Assembly (NCBI GenBank): GCA_000708835.1
Contig: DF237036.1
Span: 153,447 to 217,446 of the forward strand
Source of the DNA: Klebsormidium nitens
Lineage: Eukaryota > Plantae > Klebsormidiophyceae
Length of the DNA: 64,000 bases
Direction of reading: 5' to 3'
Under the pieces are notes generated by a model. The model was not told where the DNA came from. It searched no databases and was given only the letters and a program-made list of their open reading frames with translations. The position numbers were made by a program, and so were the translations under genes. Below are positions 12,023-24,780 of this stretch, one piece after another. Numbering within the stretch: position 1 is the stretch's first letter; every line of letters begins with the position of its first letter.

Positions 12023-15000
12023 TCACTCGAGGAGCGGCGACGACAAGTCGCGCTCCGACTGCCGCCGCGCCGCATAGCGTATCCTAAAGCTGCTTCTCCT
12101 GGCCCGGTTGATGAGCTCTGCTGCTATTTGCCGCGGGTAGTTCGCGTAGCAAAGCGCAGCGAAACCGAACCCAACGAGGCCCGCTAGCCCCAAACCGACC
12201 CTTATTTGCCAGCGCGAGTTTCTATCTTTGGAAGATCCTGGGGAAGGTGGTGCGGCTGAGGGGGGTAATACCGGCGGTGGAAACGGCGGTTTGGATGGGG
12301 GAAACGGCCTTGTAGGGGGGGGATGCGGGGGTAGCCGTTTGGGACTGGGGGATGGCCAAACAGGGGGGGAGGTTCTGGGGGACTTAGAGGGGGGTGGGAA
12401 CGGCGAAACGGAGGGCTTTTGTGGGGGTGAAGGGGAAGAGCTTCGAACGGGGGACGGGTGGGGCGAACGCGAGGGGGAGGCGGAGGGAAAAGGGGTTGTG
12501 GACGGAAGGGGGGATCGGCTATGAGACGGGGCGGGGCTTTTTGATGGAGAAGGGAAGGGACTGGAAGATGGGAAGGGAGATCTGGAAGGTGACGCGGTTG
12601 GGCTGACAGAGGGGGACGGGCTATGAGAAGGGGACGGACTATGAGAGGCCGCTGGGCTACGAGAGGGGGACAAGCTGTGGGATGGCGATGGACTATGTGC
12701 AGGGGACGGGCTATGGGAGGGCGCCACGCTATGTGAAGGGGACGGGCTATGTGAGGGGGACGGACTCTGAGAGGGGGCCATGCTATGCGAGGGTGAGGGG
12801 CTCCGAGAGGGGGGCGGGCTATAAGAAGGCGCTGCGCTATGAGAAGGGGACGGGCTATGTGAGGGGGACGGACTCTGAGAGGGGGCCATGCTATGCGAGG
12901 GTGAGGGGCTCCGAGAGGGGGGCGGGCTATAAGAAGGCGCTGCGCTCTGAGAAGGGGACGGAATGTGAGAGGGGAACGGGCTATAAGAGGGCGCCGCGCT
13001 ATGAGCGGGACTATGAGACGGGGATGGGCTATGAGAAGGCGAAGGACTTTTTGGAAGGAACGGAGAGGCGGACGGGTAAGCACTTCGGGAGGGGGACGGC
13101 TGTGCTGACTTCGAAGGGGACGGTTGTGCTGACGTCGACGGTGAAGGGACGGCTGACGTCGATGGAGACGGGTGTGCTGACGTCGAAGGAGACGGGACTG
13201 CTGACGTAGAAGGTGACGGACTTGCTGACGCGGATGCTGGTGGACTTCTAGACGGCAAAGGGGATCGCGAAGGCGACGGGCTTTGAGATGGCCGTAGAGA
13301 TGCTGACGGAGAAGCTGACGTAGACGGTGACGGGCGTGCCGACGTAGAAGGTGACGGACTGGGGCTTCGAGAGGACGACGGAGAAAGCGACCGGCTTGGG
13401 GGGGGGCTGTGAGAAGGGGACGGTGACGCCTTTGCTGACGCACTTGGTGACGTACTTGCCGACGGTTTTGGTGAGGCGCTTCTCGAGGGACTCGGCAGAG
13501 GACTCGGAGATTGAGACGGCGAGGGGCTTTTCGCTGGCGGGGGGGTTTGCGAGGGGCTTCCGGAGGGGGAGGGTTTCGGGGAGGGTTCGACGGGGGCAGG
13601 CGGTTTTGGCGCGGGGGGTGCGGTTTGGGGAGTGCCGAGGGGGGTGGTACGGGGGCATCTCGAGCTGGAGGATCGTTTTGGGGGAGTGCAAGTTTTCGTC
13701 GGTTCCATCAGAAACGAGTTCCTGAAGGAAAGAGTATCGGTCATTTTCGTAGGAGGTATCAATGCAGGGTCATGGTTGGAAAAAGACACGGATGAGATGG
13801 GGAGTTGGAGCTTTGAAGGACGTTGTACGGAGGATTGAACGAGACGACTAAAAAGATGAGAGGATAAGCGAAGAGGCCTGCCGGAGGGCAAGAAGCAGAG
13901 GGTGTCATGGTTTTCTACGAGTTCTTTGTGGGAAGCAGTCTGACAATTGCAGAAAGACAAACCTGGTCAGTTTCTCGGACTACAAATCAACAGAAAAACC
14001 CTAGATTGAAATCGGGAATGAGCTGCCGCAGACAGCGAAGGGATTTGCAAGCGAGACACTATGTGCGGAAGGTCCAAGATATACAGAGATAAACTGCCAG
14101 AAAGAGAGCCTCAAGCCAACGAAGCAAAAGACCACAATCCAAAGGTCTGACAAAATCTTCCGGAAACTTTGTGAACTTCCTATAATTTTGTCAAAACAGG
14201 CGGTTGAATAGATAGAGTGGGCCTCAGGTAGATAAGCGGCACATATGTTTTGATCTTCTGTTTCTTTAGACCAATACAGACGCTCTACGGATGGTGGGCT
14301 TGACAACATCAGGTTTGAGAGTTGCAACCGAAAGCCACACACTGATGCACATGGAACGAGAGGATCACGGCGCATCTACCTTGATTATCACCGCGGAATG
14401 ACCAGTTGAAGACAGAAACTGCCTCTGAAATCTGCCTTCAGTCATGTGGCACATCAGTCGACTCTATCATGTTGCTGGTCTACCCGTTTGGTCTTCACCT
14501 ACATATTTTGTGGAGTTTTAGCAGCCTTGCTAAATCTGCTTTCTGATGCCCCAGGCTGCTGCCTAAAGGTGGACCAGTCACGGCATGGCAAGTGGACAGA
14601 CTATTGTCATACTTCCTTTTCTTTTGTAATTTTCTCCTTCCCTTGTCTGCTGGGAAGCTACAGCCTTGTCAGCAAGCTCAGCGCCTGCCACACTGAATCA
14701 CAAATGAAAGTGTTGAAGTACTGAAAAGGAACGCTTTCAGTGAAAGCCTGAAGAATGGACTGCCAATACGTGCAGATTAATCACCTTGTGTAGAAAACTA
14801 GGATTGGCCTTCTCCAAGTTGCCAACTCAAGGCACACCCAAGCTTAACCCATTTCCTAACCTCTTGCCAGCAATTACTCTTACCTCCGGTTGCCTTCCCA
14901 CTTGTGCATCCTGTCCCGCTACTCCTTCTTGCAACTTTGCCTCCTGAGCTAATGCAGCCCCTTGGCGGTTTGATGCAGCCCCTTTCCAACCGAGCTCTAC

Positions 15001-15645
15001 GAAACCAGGCCAGCCAATTCTTAGCTCCGTCTCTAGTTCTTCAGGAGGTACGTTGTTCAAGCTCTCCTTATCTGTCTTCTCCTCTACTCTTTCTGAAAGC
15101 AGTGGTTCAGCTACATCCCTACTTCGAATCCTTGCACTCTCAGTCTGACCCATTCCTACTCTTTGCTTATCTCCATCTCTACTCTGTATCCCTAAAGTAC
15201 TGTGGTGACCGGACTCGGATGCAAATGTTGAACCAGCTCTCGCCACTTCCTCAGCTGTAGCATGGGCGCTGATTGGTACAATCCTTTGCTGGTCAGCCAT
15301 CTCAACGAAGCCATGCAATCGCTTCTCTTCAAGAAGCCTTTGCCTGGCACTACGAGAAGCCTGCTTCTGGAGAAACTCTTGTGCTCCTCCAACCTTCCCG
15401 CCTAACGTGGTTTTGGATTCACTATGTTCAGCTTTTGACAATTGTTCTGCCGCTTCATGATCCTCCTTAGCTACCCTTCCAGCTGGATCCGCATGGTAAG
15501 GCCTGTTTGTCCTTGCTGCGAGCGCACCTTGTGAGAGGATCAGCAGAAAGAGCAGCGAAAAGCATTGTCTATGGGGAGCAGCAAGCCTGCATTCACAGCG
15601 CTTGCTTCGAAAGGGCTTATTTCGAATCTTTGATCCGTCCATCAT
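12023..15645 (-). CDS. Ser-Pro/His-rich single-pass membrane glycoprotein; direct splicing needs one base removed near 13613-13618
   Basis: Exon 1 15645-14884 (hydrophobic CFSLLFLLILSQGALAA; donor GAG|GTAAGA, phase 0). Exon 2 13721-12023 (acceptor ttccttcag|GAA) carries SPSPSHSP repeats and a TM segment (IRVGLGLAGLVGFGFAALCYANY). Summed length is 2461 nt (3n+1), so a frameshift or an unseen phase-changing exon is required. Confidence 0.7.
12240..13620 (-). repeat. Coding Ser-Pro repeats including a near-perfect 108-bp (36-aa) tandem unit
   Basis: 'gggccatgctatgcgagggtgaggggctccgagaggggggcgggctataagaaggcgctgcgct' occurs at ~12775 and ~12883; the encoded unit is SAAPSYSPPPSRSPSPSHSMAPSQSPSPSHSPSPSH. 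Confidence 0.9.
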
Positions 15646-16351
15646 TCTCCTCAGCTGGTTTCATTAGCTTCAGCGCTTTGGTTGAAGTGCGCTGTGTCCA
15701 CTCATCTAGCTCTTCTGAGGACCAGATTGTCCTCCTTCTATCAGGACATTCTGCGATAAGAATGCGACTGGTAAACTGTAAACCTGATGAACGCGAGGAT
15801 TGATCGAGGATATACAGGCGTGCACGTTGAGAGTGATGATGTATACAGAGGTGCGCCGTGCAGCTCAGCAAAACGATGCTGCTCTGTGAATAGGGTTTCC
15901 TCGATTGTGGAGTGTGCCCTTCGTCTTCGTGCGTAACAGAAGGGGTGAAATCCAGTCAGAGCGTTACAGCGTGGCCACTTCAGCACAGCGCTCTCACGAG
16001 TCTCAGCTGGCCCGGCCACGCGACTGGTTTCCGGCGTGCGAAGCCTAGCGGCTCACGCGGTGCACTTGAAGTTGGCCTGGTAAAAGGTCTGGCTAAGGGT
16101 TCTTGTCTTCTTCCCATTTGGTGACTCTCGCACATCCTCTGTCCTGGTTCCTCATTTTGTCAGTGTACGTGTGGCTTTGTCCACCTTCAATTCTTAAAAG
16201 GGCGCAGCATCTGGTTTGAGGCTGGTTTGTGGAGGGGTGCCTGACGCCGTTTACATGCGATGAGCGAGCAAAGAGGAGGTTGTTAAACTGAGGAGTTTGT
16301 GTGTATTTTTGGGGAGAGCGTTGCAGACCTAGGCACCTGTTACGCGCCAGC

Positions 16352-17768
16352 ATGGGGAGCAAAAAAGCCAAGACAGACAGAGGCGACGCGGCAAACGACG
16401 TGTTTGAGCGCATGCCTGACAGCCTCGTGCTGAAGGTTTTCTCAAAGCTGCCGCATGTTGGGCACGTTCTGCGGGCCGCTTCGGTGTGCCAGAGGTTTCG
16501 AGCTTTGGCCTCCCAAGTGGAGAAGCTAGTAGTTGATTTCAACAGGTTTCCGGACACTGAGAGCTGGATAAGGCATGAGATGGGCGTCGGGCTCTTGCTG
16601 GCTCGCAGCGCAAAGGGGGCGTTGAAGGATGTAACATTTATGGCGGCTTCGAGGAGTAGCTTCACCCAGATGAGCGTGCTCTCTTGGATCACCGCGGTCA
16701 GTCCGAGCATCACGCTCTTGAAAGTAGAGGATGAGGATAGCAGGGACGATCTGGGCCGCCGCTTGGAAGCCGCGTCTCACTGCTCCCGTCTTGCAAGATT
16801 TTATCATACAGGATCCAGCGACTGTATCATGACAAGCGAGGTTATCTCCTCATGTCGTGGGGGCTTTAGGCTGCTTGAGGTCCTCAACCTCCAGAATCTT
16901 TCCACAACTAGTGAAACCGTCACCCAACTCGTGTCGCTCTGCCCCCGTCTCAGAAAGCTATATCTCGAGGGACTCCAGGGGGTGGAGCAACTTGAGCTGT
17001 CAAACAGCACTATTGAGTACGTCAGGTTGAATGCAACGACGGATTGGGGGGAGGATTTAGGAAGCCTTCATCACGCTTGTGATGCCTGCTCTTGAAAGCC
17101 TGTCACTCGGCGACCTCGGAAACTCGCTGACATTGCGAGATGCCCCCCTGGAAACCCTTGAGCTGTTTGAACCTCTGAACCACGCCGCCATAGATTTGGG
17201 GAGCGAGGCCGATCTAGAAAGCCTAGAGATCCATATGGATAGCTGGCCCCCAAGTGGCAACGTCTTTGCGAGGTCGTTTGCTTTCAGCCGGATATTGTCC
17301 ATTCTCAAGCAGTCAATGCCAGGGTCGTTAAGGACACTGACGATGCCCTCGATTGACATCTTTGAACGGCTCTCGTGGACCCAAGCTCAAGACTTCTTCA
17401 AGCTTATAGTCAGGCTTCGGGTTTTCAACTTCATGGGCAGTTTTGCAGTCGCCTGTGGTTTTGGGGAGTCAGTGAGCAAGTCGGAGGGTATCGCTGCGCA
17501 ACTTCGTGGGCTGGTGCAAGAACTCAACTTCAAAGACCTCCTTGATGTTAGCTTCTACTTAAACGTAGAGACACCGGCGTGCTTTGAGCTTATGGAGATT
17601 ATGGCAAAGCGTAGCCCGGCGTTACGGTCTTTGACCGTGTATACAGATTCTGGGGTAGTGGGGTTTGAGCTGCCTGGGAGCTTCATCTCTGAGGTTGTGC
17701 GTTTCCAGCGCTCTTATCCACAGGTTAAGGTGGACATTAAGCTTCCCCATGTATTGAGGTGCTACTAA
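16352..17768 (+). pseudogene. F-box/LRR-like protein, copy 1, frameshifted
   Basis: F-box motif DVFERMPDSLVLKVFSKLPHVGHVLRAASVCQRFRALA. ORFs 16301-17095 and 17079-17768 together align over the full length with the intact paralog at 22306. Between GAG GAT and ACG CTT GTG ATG (~17052-17080) it has 16 nt where the paralog has 21 nt. Confidence 0.8.
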
Positions 17769-18844
17769 AAAGCTACCAAGACTGGATGGTAGGCCAACTC
17801 ATTGACGCATGTCCTTGGCAAACCATTGATATAAGGTCATCTCATTCTTGTTTGTTCCCTGTAAGATATTCTTGACATATGCACTGGCCGGCCGGCCTGG
17901 CAAGCTGGAGTTGTGTCATGCGTGTCCGGATCGAGCCCCAATTGAGTCGAGGCCTCTGACAAAGCGTCATCGAAATGAAAAGTAGGCCGTCCATTATGGT
18001 CGAACGTCGTGCAAGTTATGCAACATGCTGTATAGTGTGCATGATGTGCATCATAGGGCCTCGATACTTTGGAGGGGGGGCCTAGGTGCATGAGGTTGCA
18101 AACATCCCTTATTGTTTGTTCATTCTAGTGCATTGTTAGACAGCATGGCTTGTTTAGCATTGGCCTCGACTTTATTATAGGACTCGATCTATTCTGGCAC
18201 GACACGTAGGGTACTTTTCCTTCGACTCACATATAGTCACGTTGGCACCGAGTTGTTACGACCGGCCGGCGTGCGTCGCATAGACCATTGCTTGAACACA
18301 GGCCATGATGTCGTGCAACACGTTGCAGCCGATTGAAAGATGCGATTCCGTCAGGCGCGGCAAGCCTGAGAACTGCGCGTTGACTATCACTTTACATAGC
18401 ACTCCTACAATCCCCCGAGGGTATACTCGAGGGTGGCGAGTCCGACCAATTTAGCGTGTCAGGAGCCCGGCCAATTCCGGACCACGCTCGACACTATTGG
18501 CAAGAGACCAGGCTCAACGCTCAGCGGTAACGTTCAGCCTGGCGGCTTCATTGCATGACTCGTGATCCTTGCGCGATGGTTATGTCTACAAGAAGGCGCT
18601 TTCAGGACTAGGTTATGCGTCATTCCTCGTCGCAACCATGCAAATCAAATGATTGAATCTACCAACTACGAAATCTTATCACCTCTGAGGTGCGCGTCTC
18701 AGATGCCCGTTGTCAGGACAAGGTCTGCTTGAAAGGCTCATTGCCTGTCTTTCTGCTAGCAATGCTTGCCACTTCGCCTGTTTCAGACTCCAATCATATT
18801 TTGGAGACGTAGACCCGTAATGATGCCTACTATAACGAGACAAT

Positions 18845-20400
18845 AGCAGAGCGGTGGCAATTACGGCTGCCAGTGACAGACCGGTCAGCTCCTTCTTGAT
18901 GGCTGAGGAGCCGAGCGTGAGGAACTATCATTGTTCCACCCCCCCGCTTACAGTCGATTATTGCATGTACCTCTTATCTTCTCGTCCTTGTGAATAAACG
19001 TCACAGGGCTGTGCTGCTGTCTCTCTCTTTTGCACATTGCAAGTTCCACCCGCAATTGGAAAACGCGTTGTTCGTAGAGCAATATCGAACGAAGGCGCCG
19101 GGATGCATCAGTGCAATATCGAATTCAAGTCATGTGACTGGTCGTCTGGCCTGCTACGAGCATCAACGCATGCTTTTGGCGCGGCTCCCAAGCGGCCTGT
19201 CCTAGCTGCCCGCAACGTCAAGCCAATACGAACAGGCAGCCACGACACGCACCAAAACTTCGAAGCCAAGCAAGACACGTCCTGTGCATTCTAGGACCAA
19301 AGCAGAAGCGAAAGCTGAAGCTACATATGCGCATCTTCTGCATAGCATCGGAGTTCCTTCAAACAGATTGGTTCCTCAAAGGCGGCTGACTTAATAGGAT
19401 CCCGGATCCATACTTCAACGTTTTGACCAGCCTTACAATCAAGGAGACCAACACTAAGCAGGCGGCCCTTCTCAGACGGGTGCTTATACGTCCATCCCTT
19501 TCTCCGCTCACCGAGCAGCTTCTGTTTCAAATGTCTTCACTGCTTACCGCAGTGACGTCTTTTGTGCGCATCTTGACAATCGGGAGTTCAGCAACAGGAT
19601 TCCTGGATAGCTAGCGCGCACAAACGGACCTGTAATTGTTCTGACGAAAGGAGCTGACGTTTCCCTTGTTCAGCAGCGACGCCGAGGGAACGAGGGATGG
19701 TAGTCGTCTGCCACGTGGTAAAGCAGGATTCGATGTAGCAGGACGTCGGAACTGGCCCCGCCGTTTGAGTAGCAGCGCGGGCGGGAGGGTGTTAGAAGCA
19801 TCATCCGTGGGGCCGAAGAATGAAACGGGACTCATGAACGTCCTGTAAGGGGAAGGATATACACGTAATATGCTGAGCATCAAACGAGACAAAAAAAATA
19901 AGCGATGGGTCGAAGTTGCATGCGGTTTCAAAGCTTCAGCTCTATTATAGGGCGCCATTTTTGGGACGAAGCATGTACAACACCAATGGTAAGCGTCTTG
20001 TAGGCAGGAGCGACAATAATGGCGACAGGTGTGAGCCTCAGAGACGAGAAAATGGTTGCTAAGTGCGAAGGTAGCAGCATTCTCAGAGCTACTCCAAACA
20101 TACCACTTGTGGGGCGGATCGTGACTGGTTTGGTCAGCGTTCTGGAGGGAGGAGCGAAGACTGAAACCTGAGAATCGAAGTAAAGCAATTGAGAAGGAGA
20201 ACAATCATGCTAAGCATCGAGCTTCTAACGCAAGGTGCATCAGTGAAAGCATCATTTTTGTGGTCTGAAATTGGATCGAAGATCGTGAGCGTCTTGAAGA
20301 CAAGAGCGAAGCGGAAGACGAGAGAGTCACGAGCTCCAAGTAAACTCATGGGACCTGGCTTAGGAAAATTAGCAGCGGTTTTGAAGCATTAAAGAAAGGA
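18845..20400 (-). pseudogene. Decayed 3' copy of the fasciclin-like AGP gene
   Basis: 19620-19850 encodes a frameshifted version of FLA exon 4 (FFGPTDDASNTLPPALLLK / GASSDVLLHRILLYHVADDYH). 18700-18930 matches the last (GPI-signal) exon and 3' UTR at 24660-24900, with a deletion. Confidence 0.8.
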
Positions 20401-21294
20401 GTAACTTGCGACATGCTCACGAGTAAGTTCATTTGGAAGTTTTAAGGTTCGTAGATAAGAAATACCACCAAGAATAGAAAGTCTTCATGTCTCAGGCCTT
20501 CAGGCCTTAAAAGGTTTCAAGATTATAGGGTAATGAAGCAGCTTCTAGACTCCAGAAGAGGCAACGTGATTACAAGAGACTATGCTTTTTCTGGGTTTGT
20601 GCAAGATTGTTGGCTTAAGTCAGCCAATCCTACAAGCTTTTAAAGCCGCAGTGAGCTCACGTAAACACAAGCGTCACTCTTTTTGCATGGTCGGTTTGTC
20701 AACCAAACCAGAAGACCCAGAAATGGTGGTGTGGCACCATTGATTACCAGGAGGAGTGCATCTAGAAAAGCGAGGAGTGCATCTAGAAAAGCCAACACAC
20801 TGAGGCACAACCTATTGACCAATGTGCTTATGTACCTTGAACCGAAGTCATGCGACCAAACAGGAGACAAAACCCTCATCTGGAGATACTCTCTCCTCAT
20901 GCTACCTTAGTACTTCCAGATTTGTACAGCTACCACCACTTGGTCCCCACCAACTCGTTCTGTAAAACTTCTAGCAACTTTGCAATCTGCCTTCTAGTTG
21001 CCCCAGCTGCTGTCTGAAGGTGAGTCTGTCATCATTAAGTTGACAGACTACTGCCTTACTTGCTAGTAAGATCAGCGCCCGCAACGGCGACCCATACTTC
21101 AAGAAGTCAATCGATGTTCATAAGACATTGTAGCAAACAGTGATATGGTGTGACCGCATTACCAACATAGAATAGATTGGCGCACATAGATTCCCAGTTG
21201 TATATCCTGAAGCTCACTTAGTGCCCCAATTCAAGGCACAGCTAAGGTCTTCCTCTAAGCTTAACCTCTTCCAGGCGCCAGAGGTTGATCTTAC

Positions 21295-21720
21295 CTCCAG
21301 TTGCCCATCCTAGATTGCATCTTGTCCCTTTACCCCTTCTTGCAATGTTGCCACCTCAGTCATTCCAGCTGCCTAGCGGGTCCGAGATGACCTTGTGTGG
21401 CGCTACAAGCAGGTTGGTTTTCTGAAAGCTTGGGTCCCTTTCAATCTTCCACCTTCAAACGCGCCACACTCTTCAACTTCAGCTTCTGATCACTTCCCCA
21501 TGGCGTTGCTGTCCTCCACAACTGCTCTCTCAGCTGAAACCCCATTGTGCGGCCTGTTTGTCCTTGCCGCAAGCGCGCTTTGTGAGAGGATCCCTAGAGG
21601 ATCAGCAGAAGGAGCAGCGCGGAGAATCTTATGTGCTTTTCCCTAATCCTGCAATCCCCGTGCTTGCTTTGGTAGCCTTTGTATCTTCAACCAGCACTGG
21701 TTCCTCCTCAGCTCGTTTTG
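21295..21720 (-). pseudogene. Decayed copy of exon 1 of the Ser-Pro glycoprotein gene
   Basis: 21220-21360 resembles 14810-14950 including the donor (ttacctcc). 21550-21780 resembles 15490-15710. An in-frame TAG lies five codons before the last codon of the exon. Confidence 0.75.
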
Positions 21721-22305
21721 TCAGCTTCAACTCTTGAAATCAGCGTTCATTCCACTTGCTCTAGCAGTTGAGGACTGAGAGCATCCCAAGGATGAGAACG
21801 ACGACTGCTGTACGAGGAGGACAACTGTTCAAGGTGTGAAAATGCGAATGAGAATGGGGTTGAAATGGAAGATGTCCTTCAAATTTCAAATTAGGGTTTC
21901 CTATTTTAAGGATTTTGTGTGTAACAAACAAGCCCACGGCCTGTCACGGCGTTACAAAGTGAGCACTCCTGTGCAGCGCTCCCAGCTACGCTCACTCGGG
22001 AGTGCGCTTCTGCGTGTGGAGGCTTAGCGGTATACGCGGTGGGCTTACAGGTAGCCCACTGAAGATCTGGCTAGGGGTTCTTCTCCTTTTTTTTCGGTCT
22101 ACCGTCCCCAATGGCGCACCACCTGACCACCTCGATCCCGGCCATTTCTGGAACCTGTCTACCAGGACCCTACCGGTCTGCCTTTCAAAAGTGAGCAAGA
22201 TGATCTTTCACAAGGAGCCTGGGACGTCTACCGTATTACTATTACAATTAGCAGAGTCTGCGAGTTCCGAGAGAAGTGCGGATTTGGCACCGAGCACACG
22301 TCAGG

Positions 22306-23739
22306 ATGGCGAGCAAGAAAGCGAAAGCAGGTGCCAGTGACATGGCGGACAACATCTTTGACCGCCTGCCTGACAGCCTTGTGTTGAAAGTATTCTTCAA
22401 GCTTCCTCACATTGGGCATGTTCTGCGGGCCGCTTCGGTGTGTCGGCGATTCCGTGCTTTGGCCACCGAAAACGAGTATCTCGTGATCGACTTCAACAAA
22501 CTTCCGAGGTCCGAAAGCCAGCAGAGCAGGAAGCGGCAAGACATGGCCGTTGGACTCTTGCTCGCTCGTTGCGCACCAGGGGCGCCGAAGGACGTGACTA
22601 TCATGGCGACAACGATGGGTTTCTTTTACCAGGAGAGCGTCCTCTTCTGGATTGCTGCGCTTAGCCCAAGCATCGAGTGCTTGCGGATAGAGGATGAAGA
22701 AAGCTTGGAGGACTTGGATTGCCGTTTGGAAGCCGCGTCTCATTGTCCTCGGCTCATCAGATTTGATCACGTCGGATCCAAGGGCTTTACCATGTCAACT
22801 TCGGTTGCTGTTAGATCCCGGGGAGGCTTCAAACGGCTTAAGTGTCTCCAACTTAGAAATCTCTCCACATCCGGTGATGCCATCAGTCAACTCGTGTCGC
22901 TCTGTCCCAGCCTCAAATGGCTTGAGCTTGAAGGACTCGGGGGTGTGGAGCAACTTGAACTGACAAGTAGCACGGTCGAGTACGTCCGCTTGAATGTATC
23001 CAGCGAGTGGGGGGAGGACGTGGTCGGTTTCCAAGATGTACGGCTTGTGATGCCAGCCTTGAACAGTCTGACACTTGGGGACGTTGAGAACTCAGTCACC
23101 GTGCAGGATGCAACTCTGGAAGACCTCGAGCTTTTGAGTATTGCAAAGCACGCCGTCATAAACCTCGGGAGCAAAGCCAATTTGGTTAGCTTACAAATCC
23201 AGCTGAATTATTGGCCACCAAATGCTTATGTACGCGAGAGAACATATTCATTGAGCCGCTTCTTATCTATTCTTAAGCAATCAAAGCCAGGTTCGCTGAG
23301 AGTTCTGACAATGCCCTCACTAGACGACTCCGAGCAGCTTTCTTGGACAGACGCCCAAGATTTCTTTACGCATATCATTAGACTTCGGGTCTTCAGCTTT
23401 CCGGGCAGCTTTGCAGTGGCATGTGGATTTGGGGTCACATCGGGCGAGGGCATCAGTGAGCAGATTCGAGGGCTAGTGCAAGGGCTGAGCTTCAGGAATC
23501 TCTATGATTTCAGCTTCTATTTAGATGTAAGTATACCTGCTTGCTTTGAGCTTGCGGCAATAATAGCGAAGAGGAGCCCGATGTTGCAAACTTTCACTGT
23601 ATTTGCAGACTCGGAGAGTGCTGGGTTTGAGCTGCCTGGGAGCTTCATCTCCCGGGTAATGGATTTCCAGCACTCCAATCCACAACTAAAGGTAGACATC
23701 AGGCTTCCCGATAGATTGAGAGGCCCGGACAATTGGTAA
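22306..23739 (+). CDS. F-box/LRR-like protein, copy 2 (intact, single exon, about 477 aa)
   Basis: Continuous ORF from ATG GCG AGC AAG; F-box NIFDRLPDSLVLKVFFKLPHIGHVLRAASVCRRFRALA followed by leucine-rich LxxLxL segments. Confidence 0.88.
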   Translation: MASKKAKAGASDMADNIFDRLPDSLVLKVFFKLPHIGHVLRAASVCRRFRALATENEYLVIDFNKLPRSESQQSRKRQDMAVGLLLARCAPGAPKDVTIMATTMGFFYQESVLFWIAALSPSIECLRIEDEESLEDLDCRLEAASHCPRLIRFDHVGSKGFTMSTSVAVRSRGGFKRLKCLQLRNLSTSGDAISQLVSLCPSLKWLELEGLGGVEQLELTSSTVEYVRLNVSSEWGEDVVGFQDVRLVMPALNSLTLGDVENSVTVQDATLEDLELLSIAKHAVINLGSKANLVSLQIQLNYWPPNAYVRERTYSLSRFLSILKQSKPGSLRVLTMPSLDDSEQLSWTDAQDFFTHIIRLRVFSFPGSFAVACGFGVTSGEGISEQIRGLVQGLSFRNLYDFSFYLDVSIPACFELAAIIAKRSPMLQTFTVFADSESAGFELPGSFISRVMDFQHSNPQLKVDIRLPDRLRGPDNW

Positions 23740-24780
23740 GAATTCTGGACGATTAAGTTGGCAGATTGATTCACGCAGTGTTGTTAGATGCAGACAGATC
23801 ATCTTGAACCTGGAATGGAATCCAATTATCACTTGATTGAATCCGAGTCAGTTGCCAAGCATCATACTCGTCAATTCGGGGCCGGGCATGCTGCGCAATC
23901 ACTCTAATATCTGAGTATACGTATATTTTGCGACACCTCAATTTCCCAGGCTGCTGGCAGGAATACCACATGCGGGCCGGGCCCGCCGCCAGCTGCATGA
24001 TGGCCGGCCGGCGGACGGTAAGTTTGTCGGACAATGTTAGACTCAATACATGGAATCAACCGGCCCAATCAGTACGTGATCCATGGCCGCCTATAGCGAC
24101 TGCGGTACCTATAACTTAACACACAGTCGTTAAATCGTTCAATGCACATGTGCTGGCTCAACGTACGTACCCCTAGCTGTATAGTTCTGTTGACACCCGC
24201 AGACCCCTGCAGCTGTAGCTAGTTCCGATGGTACCCGTACTAATCCCCGCTCCGCCAGCGCGGCCTAGATGCATGCACAAATTCTTTCTCGACTGCCTCT
24301 TCCTCTTGAAAACGTGAGCATGAGTTTACGAAAGGCTTTCGAGCCAAACAGTTACTGATTAGCACGATCAAACTAGGACTCGAGTTCGCATTTCACAATA
24401 CTGATATATAAGTTGCACAACTACCTAAGAGCTCATGCAGTAACTTGACCATGTTACGCTTTCGAGTCCAATCGAAGTGGCGCGGCAGCCTTGCATGGGC
24501 CATCCGCAATTTTGCAGATTGCCTTCTCTACGACACTAGTACTAGAATAGTAGAGGAGCTCGTCGCCCCTACATGAAGGTTCGGGCCCCTTGACACTGAA
24601 TCCACTCATGTTACCTTGTATATTGTAACCTCTGATATGCCCAAAAGTATGCTGGGGCCGTTATCAGGGTCAGGTCTGCCTGAAAGGCTCGATGCCCTGT
24701 CTTCCTGCTAGCAATGCTTGCCACTTCACCTGTCAGAGAGCAGCTGGAGTCTTATTGATCCCAAAGTAACGCGGATCCAA

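Noticed and set aside
12202-13795. Alternate-frame and antisense ORFs over the SP repeats
   Set aside because: These are shadows of the Ser-Pro coding region. Only the start of 13248-13691 is used, as the pre-frameshift frame.
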